This document shows positions 46,850 through 62,182 of a stretch of 64,000 bases of DNA, in pieces (position 1 is the first letter of the stretch; every line of letters starts with the position of its first letter). The notes under the pieces were generated by a model, which worked only from the letters and a program-made list of their open reading frames with translations, was not told the origin of the DNA and searched no databases. A program made the position numbers and the translations under genes. Source of the DNA: the human T2T-CHM13v2.0 reference genome, Homo sapiens; assembly GCF_009914755.1 (NCBI RefSeq), contig NC_060944.1; one strand, written 5' to 3'.

Positions 46850-47470
46850 TTTTTATTTTTTAAAAAAACTTCATCTATATTTCTTTGGGGTACCTATGCA
46901 GGTTTGTTACATGGGTAAATTGTGTGTCTTGGGTTTTGGTGTACAGATAATTTTGTCACCCAGGTAATCAGCATAATAATGCAAAAGTAGTTTTTCTTTT
47001 TTTTCTTGAGACAGAGTTTTGCTCTGTCAACCAGGCTGGAGCACAGCGGCATGATCTGGGCTCATTCAACCTCCACCTCCCGATTTCAAGCAATTCCCCT
47101 GCCTCAACCTCCCGAGTAGCTGGGATTACCGCATGCACCACCACGCCCAGATAGTTTTTGTATTTTTAGTAGAGAGGTTTCACCATGTTGCCCAGGCTAG
47201 TCTTAAACTCCTGGCCTCAAGTGATCCACCCACCTCTGCCTCCCCAGGTGCTGGGATTACAGGCAAGCCACCACACCTGGCCCAATAGGTAGTTTTTCAA
47301 TCTTCACCCTCCTCCTATCCTCCACCCTCAAATATGCTTCGATGTCTATTGTCTCCTTCTTTGTGTCCATGTGTACTCAATGTTCAGCTCCCACTTATAA
47401 GTGAGAACATGCAGTATTTGGTTCCCTTGTTCCTGCATTAATCCGCTTAGTATAATGACCTTCAGCTCTA
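46850..47470 (-). mobile_element. L1PA/PB 3' end interrupted by an Alu
   Basis: caggtttgttacatgggtaaattg...gctcccacttataagtgagaacatgcagtatttgg. Confidence 0.85.
46991..47282 (-). mobile_element. Alu (AluS-like)
   Basis: TSD ending gtagtttttc. Confidence 0.93.
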
Positions 47471-47499
47471 CCCACCAACATAAAATTATTAAAAGAGGG

Positions 47500-47730
47500 C
47501 AAGTGTTGGCATCCAACAGATTTAGCTTTGCAGTTCTCTGGCTAAGCAGGTGACCAGTGCAAGGTGACTTAAGCTGTCTGAGCTTCAGCTCACTTCTTTG
47601 TAAAACACATGTAGCATCTGACTTTCCAGATTGATGGGAAGATTAAATGAAGTAATGCACATAAAACAGCCAGCAGAGTGTTTGTAACATAGTAGGTACC
47701 AAACACATTGTACCTGTTAATATCATTATT
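47500..47730 (+). mobile_element. MIR
   Basis: tctgagcttcag...tgtaaaa...gattaaatgaagtaatgcac...acatagtagg. Confidence 0.6.
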
Positions 47731-47749
47731 CTGTTTGTTCCAAGCAGTC

Positions 47750-47816
47750 TGTATCTTGGTTTCGGTGGTGATTACATAAATCTATGCAAGGGACAAAGTT
47801 GCATAGAACTACACAC

Positions 47817-47851
<35 letters not shown>

Positions 47852-48040
47852 TTGTAAAAACTAAGGTCTGTAGTCTAGTTAACAGTATTGTACCAATGTC
47901 GGTATCCCGGCTTTGATATTGTACTCCAGCTATTTAAGATTGACGTCTCCACGGGGAGAAACTGGGAGGTTACATAGGACTCTACTATTTTTACAGCTTC
48001 CTGTGAATCTATGATTATTTCAAATGAAAGAGTTTTTAAA
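47750..48040 (+). mobile_element. L1MC/MD-type 3' end containing (CA)n
   Basis: agttaacagtattgtaccaatgtc...ttgatattgtact...cttcctgtgaatctatgattatttcaaa. Confidence 0.7.
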
Positions 48041-50042
48041 GTACAGTAAAACTTTTTTAAAAATTCTAACGACTTCCATAATTTGCATCTCATCTATTCA
48101 GGTGAGGTAGGAAAAGTTAGGAATGGTTTGTTATTATTTATAAAAGGAAAAACTGACAGAGTGACTGGTTGCTCTTCTCCAGGTCAATCAGAAAATAAGA
48201 AGAAAAAGAAAAGCCATGTCACTGAATGTTCAGGACTTTTTAACGGTTGCTGATCCTGCCTCAAAAGTTGTCCTGTGTTTAATGGGATTTATATTCCCTC
48301 AATAAGGAATGTGACCTCTGAGGTTTAAGGATAGACCTGCTATCTCATTCTTTAGATGTATGTAAAAGGTGGTCAATGGACAAGGATGTCAGAACAGAAC
48401 ATAGAATCCCATGAACCGATGTCCCCAGTTGAGGTTTGGAATAAGGCAAAGCAGGAACAAGTGACTGTCTCAAAGAAAACAATAATTACTCAAGTGTTTA
48501 CATGTGCTTATCAGTTTTATTATTTTTATGTGTACTATTAAAACTGAAAATAAGTTGTCTATAAATTAAGAAAACTGGCTTAAGGTTGCTACAGTTACAA
48601 CTCTCCTTGCAAAAACTCAAGTCACTAACTCACCAAATATCTGCTAAATATCTGCCATGTGCAGTTACTGTTCTGGATGTTGGAGATGTGATAATGAACT
48701 AGACCCATCCAGTCCTGCTCTTCAGGAATGTGGTTTAGGTCAAAAGGCAATTGATTAGAGCCTGCCTTTTCCCACTTGCTTGCCATGTGCTTTTAACAGT
48801 TGCCTGGGCCTTAATCTCCTTTTCCTGGCCTTATTTATATAGCAATGACAAACACACATGTTCACTTACCAGCCCCACCTCTTGCATTCAAAGCAAACAT
48901 CACTAATCAATCTGTCTCAAAAAAAAAAAAAAAAAAACTGTTCTTCAATTGCCTTTACCTATCTGATTCTCTCAAAGCTCCACTCATGAAATCCCACCTG
49001 TCCCCCAGAACTCACCAAAAAAAAAAAAAAAAAAAAAAAAAAAGATCCAAAGTCCCCTCCACATGCAGCCTCCACTGGCTCTGTTCCTCTTTGCCACTTC
49101 CCACTCACCTCCTTCTTGCCTTCCCATGTCTCTGCTCTTTCTTGGATTTAAACAACAAAGCCTAGAAGCTGCGCTAGTCAAGCCAAGTTCTCTTCAGCAT
49201 GCGGGGAAGGTAGAGGAGCTTTAAAGTGGAGGAAAGTAGAATTCAGTCATGTGAAATCAAAGGTGAAATGATAAAAAGAATAAGGACAGAGCACAACCCA
49301 CCAGATCAATGAAATAATGTCTGAGAAAGCACTTCAAAGAGTGTCCAGCACAATAAAAATAGATTGTCCTGGAGAAGCAGTTTCTGGAGTAAGAAAAATG
49401 TGACTTTTAGATGGATCTTGAAGAATTAATGGAACCTGGACCTATGGAATTAGAGACGATGAGTAAGCAAAGAAGAAGGAAGTTGAGATGGCAGTACCAG
49501 CAGGAGAAAGATTCTGTGCAGGAAAGGGTTGGGTGTGTTCAAGGAGCCTGCATCAGTCTCTAAACTGAGGTTTCCTACGTTTATTTCCTGTCTGGGACAT
49601 TCTGTGACACATGTCCAAATGGAAAAATCATTCTCCATTGAGCTAGCCAAATATCTTCAATAAATAATGCAAAAATTATTAAGACATTTTCCAGAGGACC
49701 ACACCATTTCCTGTCTTGACAATGGAGCTGGATTTGACATCAGCTAATTCAAGAGGTTAGAAATAAAAGCTGTGGCCAATTCAAACTTCCCTTCCAAATG
49801 TTTTTCAATAATCTGAAATTGGTCCAAGAGACAGGACTTGTAATCAACTTTTTTCAAACCATCTTAACATCTTTCATGAAGTCATGAACATGACCGTGCA
49901 GACGTGCCATTGACTAATTATTGTCCTGGATTGTGGGAATAGGAAGGAACATTGAAATAAACGATGACTTCACTGGTCAACCTATGGAATGTTAAAAGAA
50001 GAGGGAGCTAAAGGGAAGATGTTCCAATAGCATGCAACATGA

Positions 50043-50393
<351 letters not shown>

Positions 50394-50429
50394 ATTTTAA
50401 GGGTTTTAATGAGAATAATACAAAATATC

Positions 50430-50640
50430 CAGCTCACATGTACGTATCGTGGTTCTGATGCACCAGCTGCTATTCTAAGCTGTTGACATATACCATGTAG
50501 TTTATTCCTGACAATGACCCTGAAAGAGGCAGGCACTTATTCCCATTGTACAGATGAAGAAACTGAAGTGGAGGAAGTTAAGTAACTTGTCCAAGGTCAC
50601 ACCATCAAAAAATGAAACAGTCAGCATACAGGTACTATCT
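50430..50640 (-). mobile_element. MIR
   Basis: cccattgtacagatgaagaaactgaag...aagtaacttgtccaaggtcacac. Confidence 0.75.
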
Positions 50641-50720
50641 CTCCAAGGAACCTCCAGAGACACCAATCAAAAGAGAATGCATATTCTCCTTGCAATCCCA
50701 TCAGTTAAAAAAGAGAGAGA

Positions 50721-51020
50721 GACCAGGTATGGGTGGCTCGTGCCTGTAATCCCAGTATTCTAGGAAGCCGAGGCAGGTGGATCACTTGAGCTCAGGAGTT
50801 CAAGACCAGCCTGGGCAACATGGCAAAACCCCATCTCTACAAAAAATACAAAAATCAGCCAGGTATAGTGGCTCATGCCTGTAGTCCCAGCTACTCGGGA
50901 AGCTGAGGTGAGCGGATCACTTGAGCCTAGGAAGTTGAAGGCTACAGTGAGCCAAGATGGCGCCACTGCACTCCATCCAGTCTGAGTGACACAGCAATAC
51001 CCTGAAAAAAAAAAAAAAAA
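50721..51020 (+). mobile_element. Alu (AluJ-like)
   Basis: Dimer with poly-A; (GA)n TSD. Confidence 0.95.
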
Positions 51021-51061
51021 CAGAGAGAGAATGCTGAGAAAATCCTGCCCCAAATCTCTAA

Positions 51062-52301
<1,240 letters not shown>

Positions 52302-52559
52302 AAAAATTACAAAGGCAATAATGCAACCACCTCAGCACATCCAGGAAGACTGGATGACTTGCCCAAGATTAAGTGAAGTCAAAACCAGTACTTGAACAAG
52401 GATTTTCTCACTCCCAGGTATCAAGCAATCCCCTGAGCATTCATTTCTCATCTGGACATGAGAAATGTGCACTGGACATCCAAATACCTGCTTACCAAAT
52501 CATCGATTATCTGCCAAAGCTCTTCAGCAAGTAATAGCGTTGTAAAAAGTATTTTATAA

Positions 52560-53110
52560 TTAGGAGTATCTGAAGTCAGACCAACTGATTTGAATCAGCA
52601 TTACCATTTATTAACAGTTCTATCAGGCCAGGCACGGTGGCTCATGCCTGTACTCCCATCATCTTGGGAGGCTGAAGTGGGCAGATTGCTTGAGCCCAGG
52701 AGTTCCAGACCAGCTTGGGCAAAATAGCAAGACACCATCTCTACAAAAATTGTTTAAAACATTAGCCAGTGTGATGGTGCATGCCTGTAGTCCCAGCTAC
52801 TCAGGAGGCTGAGGTGGGAGGATCGCTTGAGCCTGGAAAGTCAAGGCTGCAGTGAGCCATAATTGCACCACTGCACTCCAGCCTGGGTCACAAAGTGAGA
52901 CCCTGTCTCAAAAACACACAAAAAAGTTTTATCTGTGGATAATTTAGATCCTGCTCAAATTATCAGTTTTTTTCACCAGTAAAATGGGAATAATCATCAT
53001 AGCTATTTCATGGGATTCCGGAAGATTAAATATTATGCATGCAATGCATACACTGAGCACCATCCCTTACACATAGTAAGTGCTCAATAAATATTCAATA
53101 ATAATAATAA
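52560..53110 (+). mobile_element. MIR interrupted by an Alu
   Basis: gtaaaatgggaataatc...acacatagtaagtgctcaataaatatt. Confidence 0.7.
52626..52925 (+). mobile_element. Alu (AluJ-like)
   Basis: Dimer; TSD agtt(c/t)tatc. Confidence 0.95.
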
Positions 53111-54083
53111 GGAAATCATAGCCACAACATGTGTTATGCTGTGTTCATTACAATAAGACTGTGAAACCTATTTTGATGAAGCAGGCCATTATAGCTTGAG
53201 TAAGAAATAAAATAGGCAAACACCAGAACTTTAACCTAACACCATGACCACTCCCAAAGTTTAGCATATTACTGGAAATCGCTAACGGAGCACTGCCCAT
53301 TATTCATGATATGAACAGTAAGGAATCATGCATAATGGAACAGAGTCCCTGCTAACAGCAGATTCACACACGATAATTTAAACTTGTTTGTATGGAAATA
53401 AAGGACGAGTCTTTGAAGTGAGCCTTAATGAGATTCTGCTTGATCTTTGGTGTATCCTGGGAGAAAGAGTTCAATTTTTCCTCCAGCATCTGACTCATGT
53501 TGGTGGCGTGCAGGAAAGAAAGGGCTGACTTAAATTATGAATGGCCTTTCTTGTCTTTGTGATAGCAGGTGAGGAGGGTGGCACTCATCCGGGGGCACTG
53601 GGGAGATGCAGGGAGACAATCACAGTTCTCCGAGGTGGCCTCTGCATCTGAAACTTAGAGGAAGGCTTGGTGGGCTGGAGCCTCGGAAGGCATTCGTCAT
53701 CCAGAAGGATGCTTTACAGACTCTGAAGAAGCAAAATAAGCTGGTGGGCTCTGGCAGGAGACGCAGAGGTACTAGTGTGGCCCCGCACCTTTTCAAATTC
53801 TGCTTGTGCATGAAAGGGATTCAGCTCCATCCCAAGCTCATGCTGGAGGAGACCTGGCAAGCAGTCGCCTTGCCAGTCGCTGCTGACCTGGCTGCTGACC
53901 AACTCTGAAGAGGGCTCGGTGTTTGCTCAACGTGGCCTGGCTGTCAGAAGGTCCCAGGAAGTGGGTTGTGTTTTGGTTGCCAAATGCAAGAGAGTATGAG
54001 TTTTGAGTTTTTGAAATCAGTTCAAGTCATGGGACAGGTCTACCTCATTAAGTGGCCATTAGATTTATGATGAAAAGATGACG

Positions 54084-54380
54084 ACTGTGGAGTGCTGTGT
54101 ACAGGCTGGCCACTCACTGTAGAGTGCAGAGTATAGACTGGCCACTCACTGTAGAGTCCTGACCACAGGCTGGCCACTCACTGTGGAGTGCTGAGCACAG
54201 TTTGGCCACATACTGTAGAGTGCTGAGCACAGGCTGGCCACTCACTGCGGAGTGCTGAGCACAGGCTGGCTACTCACTGTAGAGTACTGAGCACAGCCTG
54301 GCTGCACACTGTAGGATGCTGAGCACAGCCTGGCTGCACACTGTAGGGTGCTGAATACAGGCTAGCCACACGTTGTAGAG
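54084..54380. repeat. 32-bp minisatellite, ~9.3 copies
   Basis: Consensus actgtagagtgctgagcacaggctggccactc; exact 32-bp period, no spacers. Confidence 0.95.
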
Positions 54381-54559
54381 CCCTCAGTGCCTGCTAGATG
54401 TCATTTTATTTTTCTTTTTACCTTTATCACTTTGAGGGCTTTTTCAAGTCTATGGTCTTTCAGGCTCAATTAATTGTAACTAAGCCTCTGAGACAAAGTG
54501 CTTGTTGAATGTCTTCCACTGTTCCGACACAGAAACGCAGCATAAGTCGAAGTTGCAAT

Positions 54560-54800
54560 GGACAGCATACGTCGAAACTTCCTCTGTGCCAGGCTCCTTG
54601 TGGGGACTCTCTTCTCATCGCCTCCTTTAGTCCTCACCACTGCCCTATGAGGAAGAATGTGCTTTTTAACTTCATTTTACAGATGAGAAAACTGAGGCCC
54701 ATAAGGCGAAGTTACTCTCTCAAGCCAGTAAGCAGTAGGAATTGGGATTTGCACTCAGCACCCATTTGATCCCGGAGTCCGCTTTCTTGATTGTACTCTC
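54560..54800 (-). mobile_element. MIR
   Basis: cattttacagatgagaaaactgaggccc. Confidence 0.8.
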
Positions 54801-55099
54801 TACTGCCTCACCTTCAATGGCTTCCTCTAATGGAAAAGCCTGCCCTCACCCTAATGGATACTCTCAGCTGGGCACAGTTAAGGGATGACCTCTGTGCATC
54901 TAATGAGTTCATCTCAATCCCTCCCCAGGGTACAGATGTGTTGTGTAACTTGGGCATCGGGAAGTCCAGGACGGAGCAAAACAGAGGAGGGTGCTCTCCC
55001 AGACCTGTATCATCCACCTCCGTTATCTCCCCTCACACAGACTCAAGAATTCAGATCCCACCTATGTTGCCTTGGTATTCTAACAAACATCTCTCATGT

Positions 55100-55250
55100 T
55101 TAAGCTAACATGTCCTAAGCATTATGTTAAGAGGGTTTCATGCATTCAATCATGTAGAACTTTTATTCCCATTTGACCAATGAGGCTCCTGAGGCTCCTG
55201 CAAGTTAAGTAACCAGCCCGAGAACACACAGCAGCTGCCTGGTGTGTCAG
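55100..55250 (-). mobile_element. MIR fragment
   Basis: ttattcccatttgaccaatgaggctcctgaggc...gttaagtaacc. Confidence 0.55.
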
Positions 55251-55529
55251 GACATTCCTGCATCGTTGGTGTGATCGATGCATGCTTACCTCTGTGTGCC
55301 TGAGGCGGTGCTCTGTTTGGGGACACTGCAGTGACTGAGACAGATCAGGTGACTGCCCTCAGGGACCTACACTCTGGAGGGGAGACACAGGCTAGGAACA
55401 AATATACAAATTAGACAACACAGTCATGTGTCCAGTAGTGACATTTCAATCAACAATAGGCTGCACATAGGACAGTGGTCCCATAAGATTGTAATTCTAT
55501 ATTTTTACTGTACCTTTTCTATGTTTTTA

Positions 55530-56480
<951 letters not shown>

Positions 56481-57096
56481 CTTTTCTATGTTTAGATGTA
56501 TCTAGATACACAAATACTCACCATGGGTGTTGCAGTTGTGTATGGTACTCAGTACAGGCCCATGTTGTACATACTTGTAGCCTAGGAGCCACAGGATATA
56601 CCATGCAGCCTAGGTGTGTAGGAGGCTATGCCATCTAGGTTTGTGTAGTATGCTCCCTGATGTTCTCAAAATAATGAAATCACCTAAGGATGCATTTCTC
56701 AAAATGTATCCCCATGGTTTAGAGATCATTTCTATGAAAAAAAGCAGCAGAAAGAGGCAAAAGAAGGCACTGAGGGGAAGGATGTGTTAGTTTCAATGGG
56801 GTAACCAAAGAGATCAGCCTGAGAAAGTGACATTCGATGCCTGACCTGAATGAGTGGAGGGAGGTGGAGGAAACACATGCCAGGCAGTGGGATGCTTGTG
56901 TGCAGAGTCCCCGGGGCACAAACAAGTTGGGGAAACATCAGGAAGGTGCTTCTGCCCCAAGTGGGGTGGAGGAAGTGAGTGAGTCAGAAAGGAGGGTTGC
57001 ACTCAGCCACATCAAACCGAACTTTGATTCTGCAGCCTGTTCTCCTACCCACCACACTGTTCAGCTCCCAGGGCTGCCTCAAAAACATCAACTCCC

Positions 57097-57449
57097 AAAT
57101 TTCAGCTTTTATTTTAGATACACGGGGTACATGTGTAGGATTGTTACCTGGGTATATTGGACCAAGGTAGTGGACGCAGTACCCAACAGGTAGTTTGTCA
57201 ACCCACGCTCCCTTCCCTCCCGCTCTCCAGTAGTTCCCAGTGTCTGTCATTCCCATGTTACCACCGTACATGCTCAGTGTTTAGCTCCTAGTTATGAGAA
57301 CATGTAGGATTTGGTTTTCCATTCCTTCATTAATTCGCTTAGGATGATGGCCTCCAGTTCCATCCATGTTGCTGCAATGGACAAGATTTCATTCCTTTTT
57401 ATGGCTGCATAGTATTCCATGGTGTAAAATAAAAGCTGAAATTTAAAAA
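57097..57449. mobile_element. Short L1PA13-16-like 3' fragment with inversion structure
   Basis: Antisense L1 3' UTR 57097-57424, followed by the sense terminus taaaataaaagctgaaatttaaaaa. Confidence 0.85.
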
Positions 57450-59124
57450 CAACTACCTCAAATCACTTTTAGATTGAGGCTCCATAAATAAATGAAATTA
57501 ACCCAGATTACAACAAAAAATCAACTCCTGATGTCCACTTTACCTGAAGTTTCTCTCTTCTGCGGGTTCCCCAAGTCTCTTTCTTTTTAGATTATTACCA
57601 AATGTAGATACCCTGGAATCCATTCTCTTTTTAAATAATTTGAATTAAACTAAGATAAATGTCCACCAAGAAGTGAGGAGTAGAGAACTCTGTGTGCAGC
57701 ATCCACATCTGGTCTGTGTCCTCCTTCATGTTCACGGATGGCTCTGCTGATGGAGGCCACCCTGAGTGTGTGTGCGGTACACATGCCATGAGAAAGGGGT
57801 GCCAATGTGGCTGCTCACACACAGAAACGCTTCCATCTCTGAGAGCTGTCGAATGAGAGAATGTGCTGGTGCTTTTATACTGAAGCATATCAATAGTGGA
57901 TTTGTCAAACTAGCCCCGTATTCAGGTGCGAGTCTTCAGTATTTCCAGCTGAAGGTCTGCGGCTCGTAGGCTCTGGGCATCTTCCCCTCTTCTGGCACAG
58001 TTTGGCTTCTTCCTTCTGCTGAATGGATGCATTCTTTACACTTTTGATTACTAACCACAGCCGTGAGCCAAAACGTTATAATTAAATAAAATAAACAGAT
58101 CCTGGGATGAGTCTTTGAGGAAAAAGCAGTCTTTTAATAATCAAAATCTTCATGCATTTTATTTCATCATTATGCTAAGATGTTGAGAGAAATGGATTTC
58201 TAGAATATGACCTGGCCCTGACTTTGTGTCTAGTCAATTACAAGTTCGAGCTAACCACCTCAACATTTCAAGGATGGCCTTTTCTTTTTCTTTTTTTAAA
58301 ACAGCAGGACTAAAATTTCATTGTATTGAACATAAATGGGAAAACGTGCATTGCAGAGTAAAATTTAAAATGCTTTTATGGAATTTTCATTATAAAACTG
58401 CCTGTAATGGAGTTGACCTTATATTCACCTAAGATTTCTCTGGCTCCGAGTTCAGATTTCATGCCAATTAACATGTTAATGACATATATCATTTAAAAAG
58501 CCCATCATAACTTTTATCACATCATGTTACATCTATTTCCTTGTAATTAAATCAGAATTACAGGGTGTAATTACTTTTCTTTTCCTGAATACCCATTCCT
58601 TTTCAGACATTTAAATTCAAGTGCAAGTACTAAAAGACACTTGAAAGTAACAACCTAATAAAAATATTATCAGTTAATGAAAGCGTTGGGTTTCTCCTAC
58701 TCTCTGGTTTCTTTTTGACAAATTCCTATCTCCCCATGTACTTTGCATGACATGTAATGATTGGTCGTATCCAGTCAAATGCTTCCTAAGCTCTTTAAAT
58801 CCTCAGGGCCCTAGTCTCTATTAATATGCAACGTTCTCACACATAAATATAATTACATACAATTATTAGCGGAAAAGGATCAGATAAGGTTTATTAACGA
58901 AATATCCTATAATCATCCAAGTCCAAGACTTCCCCTTACATGCTAATTCAATGAAGGGTTAGAGTCTGTAATCACTACACCTGCATTGATCACTGATGGC
59001 AGGATCAAAGAAGGGGAACACCTTTGTTTAAAAGACTTAAACAATTATTTTGTAGACAATTCTATTATCTGACTGCTTCTGTTCTTCCACGCACTCTTCG
59101 ACATCCAATTTAAAACTTAAAGTT

Positions 59125-59559
<435 letters not shown>

Positions 59560-59634
59560 TTATTTGAGGAAGTCAGCACTTGAAGGTAGGTAGAAAACGA
59601 ACTCCTTTGCTGTCAGGAAGTTCTGCATACATAG

Positions 59635-60660
59635 ATCAAATCACTCATTCATTTGGCAAATATTTATTGAGTGCTTATAACAGCTAGGTACTTTTTTAGT
59701 CCTAGGTACTATTTTAGTCCTGGTCAAGGTCATTGTTGCCAAGGTGCCAACATTCTAGGGAAAGAGAACAGACCATAAACTAGTAAACAGAAGAATAAAT
59801 AAGATAATTGCAGCTAGTGATGAGAGACAAGAGGAAAAGATAGCAGAACAAGGTGATAAAAAGAAATAGTGGCCAGGTATGGTGGCTTATGCCAGTAATG
59901 CCAGCATTTCAGGAGGCCAAGGTGGGTGGATTGCTTGAGCTCAGGAATTCAAGACCAGCCTGGGCAACATGGCGAGACCCTGTCTGTATCAAAGATACAG
60001 AAAATTAGCCAGGCGTCATGGTGTGTGCCTGTGGTCCCAGCTACTCTGGAGGCTGAGGTGGGAGGATCACTTGAGCCCAGGGGGCAGAGGTTGCAATGAG
60101 CCTATATTGCACCACTGCACTCCAGCCTGGGTGACAGAGCAAGACCCTGTCTCAAAAAAATAAATACTTTTTTTTAAAAAAAAGAAAATAAATAGTGGTG
60201 AGGTGGATGATTCTAGACAGGGTAGATGATGAAGGCATCTCTGAGGTATCTAACTTTTGAGCTGAGACCTAAGTAGTGTGAAAGAGCAAGAGAGGATCAG
60301 GGGGCACAGAACCACCAACTATCAAGGTTATAAGAGGGAGAGAGCTGATGTTTTGGAAGAAAAAGAGCAGGTGGATGTGTCTAGATCAAAGGGAGCAGGA
60401 TCACAAAGATGGCGGTAAAAAGATGGCACCATCTATGTAGACTCTCCGGGCTGCCAAAAGCTTACAGATTTTGCTCTAAGAATGACAGAAAGCAGCTAGA
60501 AGGTTTTAAGCCAGGAGGTGACATTATTCAAATTACATTTTGAAAAGGATATTCTGGGTGTAGAGGCTGGATTTGGAGAGGCAGGGGTAGAACATCAGAC
60601 ATTTAGGAGGCTGTTGGTGCCATCTGGGTGAGCAAAGGAACCAGCTTAACCTCAGCTTGA
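59635..60660 (-). mobile_element. L2 interrupted by an Alu
   Basis: cactcattcatttggcaaatatttattgagtgc...gaaggttttaagccagg...ttaggaggctgttg. Confidence 0.75.
59870..60190 (+). mobile_element. Alu (AluJ-like)
   Basis: Dimer; TSD aaatagt. Confidence 0.95.
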
Positions 60661-60769
60661 CCTACCTGTGCCAGGACACAGGTAGAGTCCCTGGTATGGC
60701 AGGTGGACAAGCAAGGGCCACTAAACAGGCATGTGGCAGCTTGCAGGAACCCCCAATTCCTCCTGACCA

Positions 60770-61040
60770 TTTCTTGAACAAATATATCATATCTACCATG
60801 TGCCAGGCATTGTTTTAAGCTTTGAGAATGTAGAAGTGAGCAAAGCAGGCAACATCTTCTTCTTATGGGTCCCAAATAATGACAGAAGAGCAAGTCAGGC
60901 GATGAAAGGTGTATTGGCAAAAACTAAAACATGGCGTGGGGATTGGGAAGAACAGGGAAGGAGGGAGAGACAGGTACTTTAGATTCCAGGCTCAGGGAAG
61001 GCCACATGGAAGGCATGATATCTGCATAGTCCTGAATGAG
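60770..61040 (-). mobile_element. L2 fragment
   Basis: aacaaatat...ctaccatgtgccaggcattgtt. Confidence 0.55.
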
Positions 61041-61839
61041 GTGACATCAAAATGCAACCCAAATGTCAACTGGTCCCACGTCTTCCTAATCCCTACATTT
61101 TGCCTCTGTTTTCCTTTGATGCCAACCCCAAACTCAGCCCCACTTCAGGGTCTCTCACTAAAGCACCAATGAGCAATGGGGATGTCAGAAAATGTTCACC
61201 AGGGAAACACAGCAGTGGGGGTAACATCATGTGTACAGTGACCCCTGACGAAGCCTCTCCCACATTTCTCTAGAAAAATCCTAAAGATTTCTTTTCTCTT
61301 CCCCGCTGCATGTGACCTCCAGCTTTCTTCTTGAATTCCTTTCTTCTTGATTTCTCTTGTTTCCACAATATCTAGTCCTGCTTTCTGCTGCAATGCAGAG
61401 CAATTCAGCTTGGCCCCCAATCCACCCACCAAGCCCTCCAGCATACTCAGCAAAACAATGCTCTTCTGTGAAAAGGTGACACAGTGGTCATTTTTGCCCC
61501 TTAGAGTTTCACCTCCTCATTCCTATCACAAGTGGCTCAATATGGTATTTCTCCTTAAAACACTCAGTGCCCTCACTAAGAGAAATTCTTTTGAATGCAA
61601 TTATCACCTTGCAAATGGGTTATGGACAGGCATGTGCCTAGAAGTTCCCCACTTATTGAGCCCAGAGATTCATTTCCATGGAATCTCGTGGAAATGAAGA
61701 GGATCAGAAGCCACCTAAGTTTGCACAGCTTCTTCCTGTCCATGGTTACCTATGTTTACTCTCTCTCCACATATAAAGTCAGGCTGAGATGAGAAAGTAA
61801 GGGAATTCTTGCCATACATCTATGGACTTTGGTTTAAGG

Positions 61840-62182
61840 CAGGGGTTGGCAAACTACAACCAGTGAAAAGGTCTTATTAGAACACAACCATGGCCTTCAC
61901 ATGCAGGTTGCCCGTTTCTGCTTTTTCACTATGGTGCAGAACAAACTCATTATACAGCACAAAAGCAGTGCCATGTGATACACATGGGTGTGACTGCATT
62001 CCAATACCACTTTACTTCTGGACACTGAAATCTGGCTTTCATGTAATTCTCACATATCATGAAATACTATTCTTTAATTTTTTCCAACCATTTAAAAATG
62101 TAAAAACAATTCTTAGCTTGCAGACTTTACAAAAACAGGCCACAGGATGCATTTGGCCTGTGGGTCACAGTTTGCCACCCTG
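61840..62182. mobile_element. MER58-family MITE (MER58A/MER58B chimera)
   Basis: TIRs caggggttggcaaact / agtttgccaccctg; 8-bp TSD gtttaagg / atttaagg. Confidence 0.8.

Noticed and set aside
53606-53908. 100-aa ORF in a GC-richer unique patch
   Set aside because: No recognisable protein family; a lncRNA exon cannot be excluded without RNA data.
54084-54380. CRISPR-like array (32-bp palindromic repeats)
   Set aside because: Units are contiguous with no unique spacers, there are no cas genes, and the context is primate DNA; it is a minisatellite.
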